Shown here: one piece after another, positions 17,610 to 26,437 of the stretch
Layout: the number at the start of each line of letters is the position of its first letter
Position numbering within the stretch: position 1 is the first letter of the stretch
Assembly: GCA_050942955.1 (NCBI GenBank)
Contig: JBMNOG010000007.1
Coordinates: forward strand, 1-62,502
Source: Patescibacteria group bacterium
GTDB taxonomy: Bacteria; Patescibacteriota; Microgenomatia; UBA1400; UBA1449
Length of the DNA stretch: 62,502 nt
Reading direction: 5' to 3'
The notes under the pieces: model-generated
Told to the model about the DNA's origin: nothing
What the model saw: only the letters and a program-made list of their open reading frames with translations
Database searches by the model: none
Translations under genes and position numbers: made by a program

Positions 17610-18041
17610 TCAAGCGGCTTGAACTGTTTTTTGTTGAGAAAACTCTCGGCAAGCAACACAAAGCCAGGTGGTATCAAAAGGCTTGGCTCCTACAGCCAGA
17701 GCATCATCTAAAAAGTAGTACTGAGCTGTCCGGATAAGTTCTTTGTCTTTTCCCCATTTGCCGACAATAAACGGCATATGGTAGCGGGCAATCTTTTGAT
17801 TTTTACGTAAACTCGGACAAAAAACAACTACCGTATCCCCTTCTTTGGGTTCTTTTGACATCTGAGCTAAACGTACTCGGTCAGCCTGGAAAGCATACAT
17901 TTGTTTCTCTACTTCCTGCACTGCTACCGTTTCTACCGGCAGCAAGCGTTCCTCTTTTGTTGAGGGAAAATTCCTTCTCTCCTCAGCTTTTGAGATAAGA
18001 AGAAGTAGATAAAATACAAACAAAAAGAAAGCAGCTAACAT
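17610..18041 (-). CDS. hypothetical protein with N-terminal hydrophobic segment
   Basis: 143-aa ORF; TATAAC 9 nt before the ATG. Confidence 0.55.
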   Translation of the reverse strand: MLAAFFLFVFYLLLLISKAEERRNFPSTKEERLLPVETVAVQEVEKQMYAFQADRVRLAQMSKEPKEGDTVVVFCPSLRKNQKIARYHMPFIVGKWGKDKELIRTAQYYFLDDALAVGAKPFDTTWLCVACREFSQQKTVQAA

Positions 18042-18131
18042 ACTCTTTATGTTATATCCTTTACCAGTAAGAATGCAGTCACGTGCAGGTAATAAAAAGG
18101 TGAGAACAGTAATTAAAATCTATGAGAAAGG

Positions 18132-18536
18132 CTAAGCAGTCTTTGGAACACCAGCAGTACTAGGGAAAATACCAACTAATCTGGTTTCCTCTCTGTTTTG
18201 ATGATCATGTGCCACAATCCCAACAAAAGAGGTGTTCTCTGTAAAGAGACTAACGATAGATACTGGTGTGTGGCGGGTAATACCATACCCCTCTAAATCT
18301 TCCGGCGATATTCCATGAGAGAATAGGGCTTCTTTCACTAAACTATTTTCGTCACTTATCTTCTCTCCGGTTTGTCCCAAAATGTGGTTTAGAATATTTT
18401 CCTCAACGCTTTCAGGTAAAAAACTTCGCCAGTCTACTAAACCATTTTTTGCTTCTTCGACCTCAATAGGTTCCTCCCAATCTATAGTTGGGGCAACCGT
18501 AAATATTGTTGGTCTTAGTAATTCAGCTATTGCCAT
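18132..18536 (-). CDS. hypothetical protein
   Basis: 134-aa ORF with SD AAGGAG and TGGTATAAT upstream. Confidence 0.65.
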   Translation of the reverse strand: MAIAELLRPTIFTVAPTIDWEEPIEVEEAKNGLVDWRSFLPESVEENILNHILGQTGEKISDENSLVKEALFSHGISPEDLEGYGITRHTPVSIVSLFTENTSFVGIVAHDHQNREETRLVGIFPSTAGVPKTA

Positions 18537-18613
18537 AAACTCCTTAAACGTAATAAATTTACAGAAACGGAATTATACCATCCAATCAATCAATTTTCAA
18601 GCAGGAAGAAGAT

Positions 18614-19121
18614 CTAAATTTTAACTGAGCCAGACTGAGGTTTAAGCAGCAGCATATCAAAACGGTCTGTTTTCTGAGACAAATGGTGGAAAATGATACC
18701 CGGGTAAACCATACTTTTTAACATTCTTGTTACCCCTCCATCTTCACCTACTTCATCTACTTCAAAGTTAGTAGCCCCAGTAATAATGGTTACAACTGAA
18801 TCTCCCCTAACTATCCCTTTCTCCCTTAGTCTATTAAGGGTTTCATCGATATCTTCGTACTCTTGCACTCCACGCAGGTAAAACTCCCCCAACAGCGCTT
18901 CATCCCCTCTCGCCTACCGCTACCGTTGCAAGATCAGAAGCATAGGTATACATCTGAGTAATAAAGTTTTCTTGCGGCAGTTCTTCTTTTTCTCCCAAAA
19001 ACCCAAAAGTGATTGTCTTTTTTTCTGTGCGGGAAGTTTGGGCTTCAATACTACCTGAGATAATCTCAAGCTCGCTCTCTTGCTCTGGTACGTGATTTTC
19101 ACTTTCTTGAATGTTTGGCAT
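18614..19121 (-). pseudogene. hypothetical gene split by a 1-nt frameshift
   Basis: ORFs 18900-19121 and 18614-18892 join seamlessly (..GER-DEALLGEFYLRG..) if one C is removed from the C4 run at 18904-18907. Confidence 0.55.
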
Positions 19122-19252
19122 ACCCTAACCGCCTCATTGTGTGTTTTAATGCACAAAGGCAATAAGTAAGTTAAGAAACGGTAAGGGAATGGTGAGAAGC
19201 AACTTAGGTAAAGTCCAAGCTTACAGTTTTTTATGCCTTTAATGCCTAGTAC

Positions 19253-21022
19253 TTAGTTTACTTTGAAGTGTATTTCGTTTGACCAGGGAAGGTTATTAGT
19301 TCCAACTCTTTTTTCCCATTCAATCTTCTCATTTGGTATCCATACTCTAAACTTACTGATAACCTCAACCCCACCTGCCAATGAAGCAATATCTCTATAT
19401 GGAACAATAACTTCTCCTTTTTCATCTGCCCAGTACCATTTATTGACACTGCTTACGTTACCATGGTTAGGAAATCTTCCACTTGCCTCCAGATAACCGG
19501 TATAAGGCAGTGTTTTACCCCCTTGCTTGTAAACCGCTCTTAGCACATATCCCTTACCACGATCAGTAGAAACAGTCGTTCCAAAGGAGCTGCTCCCCTC
19601 TTTTGCAGCAGAAACTATCAGAGTTGGGTTCTGGAAGTACCTATCCAGAGTAACTTCAAAGTCCGGATTCTCTATGTGGTCGTTAAAGCAGTCACTGTTA
19701 TTCTTGCAAGCTGGAGCCCCGCTATGGTTGTAGTTATTAAAGTGAACCCCTACAATTTTGGCTAAACCAATTCCCTTAATAAAGTACCAGGTCTCCCGAA
19801 GCAATGGCTCTTTTTCAAGTGTGCCGCTACCTTCAAAGTGATCAAGCCTTAGAGCTTCTCCATCGTACTTAAAATTCGGGTTATCAATTTTTAACCTGTC
19901 TTTTTCGATTCTGACTTTCCAGGTACTGTTGCTCCCCAGTGTTTGCGGTGTTTTCATGCCATTGGTAGGACATTTGCTGCTAGTAAGATATTGAGAAAAC
20001 TCTGATTTTAGAGCATCCATATAGTAGGACTGTTTTTCAGCTACATGCATATATTGATTTCCGGTGATTGTTTTTGGAGCAAGGTTATAAGCTGGAGTAT
20101 CACCTTTGCTTAAGAATAGTAAATACCTTCCAAGAGGATCAGAGGTAAGGTTTCTGCTAGTTCTGAAAAACTCCGGATCACCAGGGTTTTGGTACGTCTT
20201 ATCACCAAAAACCCAAAAGTGGTTATTGTACTTTGCGTTAGCTGTGTAGTTAAAATCAGGTGAAACTACAAACCAGCGTAAATTTCTGTTTCCCCAGTAA
20301 TCAGCAAAGGAAAACATGAGCGGATTCCAATAAGCCTCAGGCTTATCTTTTGTAAATCTCCAAGGCCTCACACGAACTCCGCAAATTTCCGTTTCCTGCT
20401 CTATTTGAATTCTGGTGTTGCCGGTAACAGTTGTAAACTCTTTTCCGTCTTTTACTCTATGGTTTTTTGAAATGTACATCCACGTATAGCCTGGCTCATA
20501 AATGAGGTAGTCTGCAATCGAGGTAACCGAGGAACTTGAAGGTTGTGCCTGGCTACTGACAACCACTTCAACGGTGTCACTCCATTTTTCATTAGAATTA
20601 TAAGGTCGAAATCGGCTGGTGTAAGTCCCTGCTGCCAGTTTGTAGTCAATTCTAGCTATACCCTCTGAGTTTGTTCTGTATGAAAACCAAGGTCTGTGGT
20701 GGACATCACGGACACAGTTATTTTTAGTATCACAAGCACTTCCTATAGCTTCAAGATTTTTATTTGGCCAGGGAGTTTTTAAGTAATATTTGCCGTATCC
20801 TGAAGGAACTGTTACTTTTAGCGAAAATATTTTTCCATCTGCTGAGACTTTAACACCTGAATCGCCACTGATATCCCCATAAAAAACTTCCGGTACTGCC
20901 AGGTCACTATTCTTTTGGGTAACGTTAAGATAAAGATCTGCTCCACTAAGGAGGAGGGTTAGGACGCTTAGGACAATGTAGGGAATACCGATGTGAAGAA
21001 TATGTTTTTGTTTACTATCCAT
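19253..21022 (-). CDS. membrane-anchored extracellular hypothetical protein (589 aa, beta-rich)
   Basis: N-terminal TM helix, SD GGAG, aromatic-rich sequence with ETWYFIKGIGLAKI motif. Confidence 0.8.
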   Translation of the reverse strand: MDSKQKHILHIGIPYIVLSVLTLLLSGADLYLNVTQKNSDLAVPEVFYGDISGDSGVKVSADGKIFSLKVTVPSGYGKYYLKTPWPNKNLEAIGSACDTKNNCVRDVHHRPWFSYRTNSEGIARIDYKLAAGTYTSRFRPYNSNEKWSDTVEVVVSSQAQPSSSSVTSIADYLIYEPGYTWMYISKNHRVKDGKEFTTVTGNTRIQIEQETEICGVRVRPWRFTKDKPEAYWNPLMFSFADYWGNRNLRWFVVSPDFNYTANAKYNNHFWVFGDKTYQNPGDPEFFRTSRNLTSDPLGRYLLFLSKGDTPAYNLAPKTITGNQYMHVAEKQSYYMDALKSEFSQYLTSSKCPTNGMKTPQTLGSNSTWKVRIEKDRLKIDNPNFKYDGEALRLDHFEGSGTLEKEPLLRETWYFIKGIGLAKIVGVHFNNYNHSGAPACKNNSDCFNDHIENPDFEVTLDRYFQNPTLIVSAAKEGSSSFGTTVSTDRGKGYVLRAVYKQGGKTLPYTGYLEASGRFPNHGNVSSVNKWYWADEKGEVIVPYRDIASLAGGVEVISKFRVWIPNEKIEWEKRVGTNNLPWSNEIHFKVN

Positions 21023-21161
21023 AGCAACTCCAAGAATGTTTTAGTAAGTAAATGCAAGTATATTCATAGTAGCACTACTGGGAAAAGAGGTTCAACAGTA
21101 AGACCTTTTATTAGTCATCTGATAACCTCAACAGACTGTATCAAGATAAAAGGGGGAAGAG

Positions 21162-21560
21162 TTATTTCTCAGATTTTTTAAAATACTCATTTTTCAATTT
21201 TATACAGGAAGTGCACATGGTTGCACTATCGTATAAAATGGGAGCTGGACTTCCTTGTTCTTCAGCAATTCTATTACAAGTTTCCTCAGCCTCTTCTAAG
21301 GTACGAAATTCTGATATTTTTTCGTCCCACGGAGAACCTTTTTCTTTCTTCTCTTTAGCTCTTGTACGAACTACAAAATCCTTATGTCCAGCTCCAAACT
21401 GCTTGTTAAATCCAATACACCAGGAAATTGCCATCTGTCCCGGCTCTGGATCTATAAGTTCTGTTTTTTTTATTCGTTCTATCCCTTTTTCAATTTGCTC
21501 CCGCAAGCTTTTTCCTTCTTCTTGAGATTGATTGAGAGATTCAGAAGTAATGAGAGCCAT
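21162..21560 (-). CDS. hypothetical protein
   Basis: 132-aa ORF starting 1 nt after the stop of the thymidylate synthase fusion (probable operon). Confidence 0.6.
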   Translation of the reverse strand: MALITSESLNQSQEEGKSLREQIEKGIERIKKTELIDPEPGQMAISWCIGFNKQFGAGHKDFVVRTRAKEKKEKGSPWDEKISEFRTLEEAEETCNRIAEEQGSPAPILYDSATMCTSCIKLKNEYFKKSEK

Positions 21561-21561
21561 A

Positions 21562-23100
21562 TTACAAATCCGCTGTATTGGGCGCGGGATCTTGGTGATA
21601 TTTGAGGTTGTGTTTCAGACAGTATTCTGCCCTTTGAAGTTCTGTACCAACATACATAGCGTGAGATGGCATAGAGATATAGTTCCAGTCAGAAAGTTTC
21701 CAGATCATTTCTGTCGCTGTTTTACCGGTCCATTCTTTTATCGGCGGACCGCCATTTGGTTCAAAAAGAGTAGCTTTGATAAGCTTTTCTTTGGGTAAAA
21801 TGTCAATAACCACATTACCCCTGGGATCAAATTCAAAATGGACTGCCGGCGTAAATCCAAGTTCTTTCTCATAGTTATCCATCAGAATCGTTTCCACTAA
21901 TTTAAAGTCATCGCTATAGATATGAGCTGAGTGAGTAATGAGGCTCAGCTTTCCCATTTCATATCCGCCATAGTCTGCAATTTGCTTTTGCAGTTTCCGC
22001 AAACCAAATGCATTCCTCGGCCAACCGTGTACCATATCCTGGGACCTAAAATGGGCTGTAAAGAAAAACTTATTATCCTGAACGCTACCTAAAGCCATCA
22101 CTAAGCAAGGTGTATCGCCATTGTTGGCATTGGACCAATCCAAAGCCGGGTCGGTCGTTATAGCCAGCATTTTTTTAGAATCTGGCCGGTTTTTGAGAAG
22201 TTTTTTCATCATCTCAATCTGGTCTAAACCAAAATGAGACATCATCCTATGGCCATAGTTATAGGCTGTACCGGGGATACGGCGCGGGCTCGTCATTTCA
22301 GGATAGTAGGCAGTAAGTTCAGCCCGGTCAAACGGCAAATAAGCCGGGAAGTATTCGTTATCAGGATCTTCGCCATCAACTACCGCTACCATATTCAACA
22401 CTTCTTTAAGCTCATTTTGCTGAGTATAGCGAGTGTGCTTGTAACGACCGTATTTATAGATTTCATTGATAACTTTAAGCCAAGTCTGGGCAACAGTCGG
22501 CCCTTCAACCCTAAACCCAACCTGCTCAGAAGGCAGAGGTTTTACTACCGGCTGAGATGGCGGGAAAGTTCGTACCTTATTTGCAAACGGTGGTTTTTGC
22601 GGCAGGCTTTCAAGAACTTTTGTTAGTTCTGTAGCCGGCTTACCACGCAAGTCGATAATTTCAATATTTTTTCTAAATGCCTCAATCGCTTTTCCATCAA
22701 TTTCTTTCTCAATCTCCCCCCTTGCTTGAATAATCTTATTTTCCTTATCAATACCTTCTTTAACAAACTGCAAAAGGGAGTGGCCGGACAAAGATAACTC
22801 AGCCCCCCACAAAACAATTGTCCTAATCCGAGGATTAGCCATGACATTCCTGATAATAGCGTTAACACCCTGGCCGGAATACAAATTGCCGATAACGGAG
22901 TAAAGCTTGGGATTTTTAATAAGTTTAGCCACTGCTTCCCGCTCCGTCCAGAGCGTACAAACAGCAATTGAGGATTCGAGATTACCTTTTATCAAAATGT
23001 CTTTATATAAGAGCGGCCAGTTTGATAAGTCGAGAGTAGGGACTTTTGTTTGTGTTTTTTTGGAAGCAGGTTTTTTGGAGGTTTTTTTCGTTTTTTGCAT
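21562..23100 (-). CDS. thyA: MtrA-like domain / archaeal-type thymidylate synthase / DUF4346 fusion
   Basis: N-terminal IAVCTLW...N.Y...GV..IIRNVMANPRIR..VLWG (MtrA-like); middle YGHR, TPC, RSQD, WPRN (ThyA catalytic motifs); C-terminal DPRGN...HAMYVGTELQRAE...YHQD (DUF4346). Confidence 0.82.
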   Translation of the reverse strand: MQKTKKTSKKPASKKTQTKVPTLDLSNWPLLYKDILIKGNLESSIAVCTLWTEREAVAKLIKNPKLYSVIGNLYSGQGVNAIIRNVMANPRIRTIVLWGAELSLSGHSLLQFVKEGIDKENKIIQARGEIEKEIDGKAIEAFRKNIEIIDLRGKPATELTKVLESLPQKPPFANKVRTFPPSQPVVKPLPSEQVGFRVEGPTVAQTWLKVINEIYKYGRYKHTRYTQQNELKEVLNMVAVVDGEDPDNEYFPAYLPFDRAELTAYYPEMTSPRRIPGTAYNYGHRMMSHFGLDQIEMMKKLLKNRPDSKKMLAITTDPALDWSNANNGDTPCLVMALGSVQDNKFFFTAHFRSQDMVHGWPRNAFGLRKLQKQIADYGGYEMGKLSLITHSAHIYSDDFKLVETILMDNYEKELGFTPAVHFEFDPRGNVVIDILPKEKLIKATLFEPNGGPPIKEWTGKTATEMIWKLSDWNYISMPSHAMYVGTELQRAEYCLKHNLKYHQDPAPNTADL

Positions 23101-23151
23101 ATGAGCTATGAAACCAAATTATGCCTACTTTTGCAAGGAGGAAAGAAAAGA

Positions 23152-23280
23152 AAGTGCTAAGTACCAGGTACCAAGTACTAAGTAGAAAGAATGATAAATT
23201 GCTTAATTGTTGAATGGGTTACGAGTTGCAAGTTACGAGTAACGGGGGAATAAGATTTAAGTATGAGGAAAGGGAACAAC
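23152..23280. repeat. degenerate 7-bp arrays
   Basis: aagtgct aagtacc aggtacc aagtact, then aattgct/taattgt and gttacga/gttgcaa units. Confidence 0.7.
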
Positions 23281-23367
23281 CGTCATTCTGGAGCAATAAC
23301 AATGCCCTTCGATCTTGTGAAAATTACTCTGTTCTCAATTGCACTCGAACAGTAAACAGTTACGCTA

Positions 23368-23486
23368 CGAGCGAAGTCGAGAAGTAGGCCGTTATCCTTA
23401 GACCTTGTGGAGAAGAATACTATTACCCTTCGAGCTTGTCGAGAAGTACTACCACATAGTTCTCGACTTGCTACGCTCGCTCGAAC
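23368..23486. repeat. REP-like palindromic element (GAGCGAAGTCGAGAA type)
   Basis: GAGCGAAGTCGAGAAGT ... TTCTCGACTTGCTACGCTCGCTCGAAC inverted arms. Confidence 0.6.
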
Positions 23487-23549
23487 CGTAATACATTCCG
23501 TTTTGCTTGAGGATTACAAGGAGCAAGGAGACAAAGGAGTCTCCTTTAT

Positions 23550-23704
23550 GTCATTGCGAGGAGTAAAAGACGAAGCAATCCCTTTCATTAGTCAGTGCGG
23601 GCGAGTCTTTTTAAACAAATGCGGCAATCTCCTGCTTCCCTTGAGATTGCCACTCCCGCAAAGCGGGATCGCAACGACCGTCTACTAACTACTGAATACT
23701 ATCT
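23550..23704. repeat. REP-like element copy A (GTCATTGCGAG type)
   Basis: GTCATTGCGAGGAG..GACGAAGCAATCC ... GATTGCCACTCC.GCAAAGCGGGATCGCAA.GAC plus CTACTGAATACTATCT tail; near-copy at 26261-26424. Confidence 0.8.
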
Positions 23705-23719
23705 ACTTGATTCTTGTTT

Positions 23720-25927
23720 CTATACCGAGCACGCCGAAAACCCACAGGAAGAACAGCTCTTACAGCCTTCATGGATTTGAAGCGGGCCACCGCATTGAGG
23801 ACAAGACTCAGATTTCTTGGCTTTTATTTTATTGACTATCGCTCTCCCCTTCTCGCTCCCTAAAATACCAGAGGTGAAGTTAACTTTTCTCTTTTTACTT
23901 ACCTGGCCTACATTCAAAACCTGCTCTGACCTTGAAGTATCGCGGTAGACTGTAATTCCCTTACACTTAATTTTCCAAGCTAGGATGAATGCTTGGGCTA
24001 CATCCTCAACTGTTGCATTAGAATTAAGGTTAATAGTTTTAGAAACAGCATTGTCTGTGAATTTTTGCCAGGCAGCCTGCATTTTTATATGGTCTTGAGC
24101 TTTAAGGTCATGAGCTGTGACAAATATCTTTCTAACTGACTCAGGAATTTCTTCAATGTGCTGGATTGATCCCTCTTCCATAATTGTCTCAACCAACCCA
24201 TTCTCAGATAGGTGCAGTTTCTGCAAGTGCCGCATAAGGTCTTTATTGATTTCCGGCAGCTTGTACCCACCCATTGCTTGTTTGTAAAATGCCAAAGCAA
24301 AATGCGGTTCAATTCCGTATGAACAACCGGCTGCCATTGCAATTGAGCCTGTGGGAGCAATTGTGGTAATGGTTGCATTTCTCTGGGGCTTTCGTCCTTG
24401 TTTATCCCAAAGGCTTCCTTTCCAGTTAGGGAACGCACCTTTTTCTTTAGCCAGAACCTGGCTTTCTAATAACCCTTCTGTTTGAATAAACTGAGAAAGC
24501 CTTTCTGCTAGTTTATAAGCTTCTTGAGAATTGTACGGGATTTCCAATCTCACCAGCATATCTGCCCATCCCATTACACCCAGACCGATTTTCCGATTCG
24601 CTTTAACTGTTTTCTCTACTTTTTCCAAAGGATAGGTGCAGATAGTAACTACATCATCAAGCATTCTCACTGCCAAATGAACAGTTTCTTTGAGCTTCTC
24701 CCAGTCGATTTCAAATTTTCTATCCCCGTTTGTGCCAGTAATTTTAAGGTGCTGAGCTAAATTAATACTACCCAAGTTGCAGGCTTCATATGGCAAAAGC
24801 GGCTGTTCTCCACAGAGATTGACTGATTCAATCACTCCCACATGAGGAGTTGGGTTGTACTTATTGATTTCATCTAAAAAGATAATACCAGGATCACCAT
24901 TCTTCCAGGCCATTGTAACCGCTAGATCAAAAATTGACCGAGCATCGACAGTGTTAACAATCTCACCTGTACGGGGATTAATGAGATCCCACGGCCTATC
25001 AGTCTCAACCGCCCGCATAAACTTGGAAGTTACTCCAAGGGAAAAGTTGATGTGGTTTAAGGCACTCTCCTCTTCTTTGCAAGTCAAAAACTCAAAAATA
25101 TCCGGATGAGAAACAGGTAAGACGATCATATTCCCTGAACGTCTACCGCCAGCCTGAAGAAGCATGTCTGAGGCTTTATTTAAGATATGCATAATCGCTA
25201 CCGGTCCGCAAGCTCTCCCGGTTGTTGTAGCTACTAAATCCCCTTTCGGTCTAATCTTTCCCAAGGAAAAACCCACCCCTCCGCCATTCTTTTTCAAAAT
25301 TGATGACTCTTTAACTACTTCAAACACACCCTCAACGCTATCCGGCATCGGCAGGACAAAGCAATTAGCCAGCTGATTATTGACTGTACCGGCGTTAGCC
25401 AGAGTCCTTCCTCCGGGGAAAAACCTCAGCTGCGACATAACTTCGTAAAACTTAGTTTGCCACGTCTTTTTGGCCTTAGGTTCTGCACTAGCAAGAGCGC
25501 GAGCCACTCTTTCAAACATTTCCTTCGGTGTTTCAACAATTGCTCCCTGATCATCTTTTCTCAGATACTTGTTGGCAATTACGACTAGTTGGTTATAGGA
25601 GAGTCCTAAATCATCTTTTACCCCCAAACCCCGACCGGCTCTAGCTTCCTGGCGCTGCTTTTCCCGAGCGATGATATAGGCTTTGGCTATCTGGTATAAG
25701 CTCTCATCAATTAAAATTCTTTCTACCGTATCTCCAATATCATTTGTGCCAATCACTGTTTCTTTACCGTGTTTTTTTTTAAGGTCCTTATACACCAACC
25801 CAGTGACACGTTTAGCTAAATCTTTGTTCACCTGATTAATATTCTCCTGGGCACGAATAATGGAAGACAGGATTTTTTCCTGGGAAAAAGGTTGAAGACT
25901 ACCTGATCGTTTATTTACTTGCCACAT
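23720..25927 (-). CDS. nrdJ: class II (adenosylcobalamin-dependent) ribonucleotide reductase with ATP-cone
   Basis: N-terminal ATP-cone (V.KRSG...F...KI), PGGRTLANAG, LANCFV, NLCGEQPL, CNLGSINL, TTIAPTGSI, C-terminal CPQCG..L...EGC..C..CGFSAC. Confidence 0.93.
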   Translation of the reverse strand: MWQVNKRSGSLQPFSQEKILSSIIRAQENINQVNKDLAKRVTGLVYKDLKKKHGKETVIGTNDIGDTVERILIDESLYQIAKAYIIAREKQRQEARAGRGLGVKDDLGLSYNQLVVIANKYLRKDDQGAIVETPKEMFERVARALASAEPKAKKTWQTKFYEVMSQLRFFPGGRTLANAGTVNNQLANCFVLPMPDSVEGVFEVVKESSILKKNGGGVGFSLGKIRPKGDLVATTTGRACGPVAIMHILNKASDMLLQAGGRRSGNMIVLPVSHPDIFEFLTCKEEESALNHINFSLGVTSKFMRAVETDRPWDLINPRTGEIVNTVDARSIFDLAVTMAWKNGDPGIIFLDEINKYNPTPHVGVIESVNLCGEQPLLPYEACNLGSINLAQHLKITGTNGDRKFEIDWEKLKETVHLAVRMLDDVVTICTYPLEKVEKTVKANRKIGLGVMGWADMLVRLEIPYNSQEAYKLAERLSQFIQTEGLLESQVLAKEKGAFPNWKGSLWDKQGRKPQRNATITTIAPTGSIAMAAGCSYGIEPHFALAFYKQAMGGYKLPEINKDLMRHLQKLHLSENGLVETIMEEGSIQHIEEIPESVRKIFVTAHDLKAQDHIKMQAAWQKFTDNAVSKTINLNSNATVEDVAQAFILAWKIKCKGITVYRDTSRSEQVLNVGQVSKKRKVNFTSGILGSEKGRAIVNKIKAKKSESCPQCGGPLQIHEGCKSCSSCGFSACSV

Positions 25928-25943
25928 AAAATTGGTTAAAAAA

Positions 25944-25969
25944 GAAAGTTTACTGCTCAGTAAACTTTC
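25944..25969. promoter_or_regulatory. perfect 12-bp inverted repeat upstream of nrdJ
   Basis: GAAAGTTTACTG-ct-CAGTAAACTTTC, 16 nt upstream of the start codon. Confidence 0.6.
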
Positions 25970-26059
25970 ACATTAATTGCTTCCTTTTTATACTATAAAG
26001 TTTTCACACGATTCAACTGGAAAATAGGCATTCAAACCCGATCAGACATAAGTAATTAA

Positions 26060-26250
26060 CAAAGTGCAATGAGTAACAGGTAACGAATAACAGGTTAGGG
26101 GTTGCGGGGAACAGTTAATGTTCAATTATCAATACGCAATGAACAGTGAAAAAAACTTTAGTGATAAATTGTTTAATTGCTAAATGGGTTACAGGTTACA
26201 GGAAAAACAAGAAGTAACTAGTAAAAATTCAGTAGACGGTCATTAGTAAA
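26060..26250. repeat. degenerate 7-bp arrays
   Basis: gtaacag/gtaacga/gttacag-type and aattgtt/aattgct-type units; 26162-26192 nearly identical to 23192-23222. Confidence 0.65.
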
Positions 26251-26260
26251 TAGAAGACAC

Positions 26261-26424
26261 GTCATTGCGAGGAGTGTAGCGACGAAGCAATCCCTTCTAT
26301 TTGTCATTCCGAGCAAGTTCTATAACGAGCGTGACAATCTCTTCCCACTTCCCTTGGGATTGCCACTCCTGCAAAGCGGGATCGCAATGACTTTCTACTC
26401 TCTACCGTCTACTGAATACTATCT
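26261..26424. repeat. REP-like element copy B (GTCATTGCGAG type)
   Basis: Direct-orientation near-copy of 23550-23704. Confidence 0.8.
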
Positions 26425-26437
26425 GCTTTCTACTTCT

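Noticed and set aside
18893-18902. TGA read-through or recoding (code 25, selenocysteine) between two ORFs
   Set aside because: The downstream ORF is in a different frame, so a 1-nt indel explains it; TGA is a normal stop elsewhere and tRNA-Trp is CCA
23407-23780. Plus-strand ORFs of 93 and 61 aa
   Set aside because: Translations of REP-like elements, with no promoter or SD support
25928-26260. Cobalamin riboswitch or NrdR boxes upstream of nrdJ
   Set aside because: No recognisable AGGGAA/GCCACTG core or NrdR consensus seen
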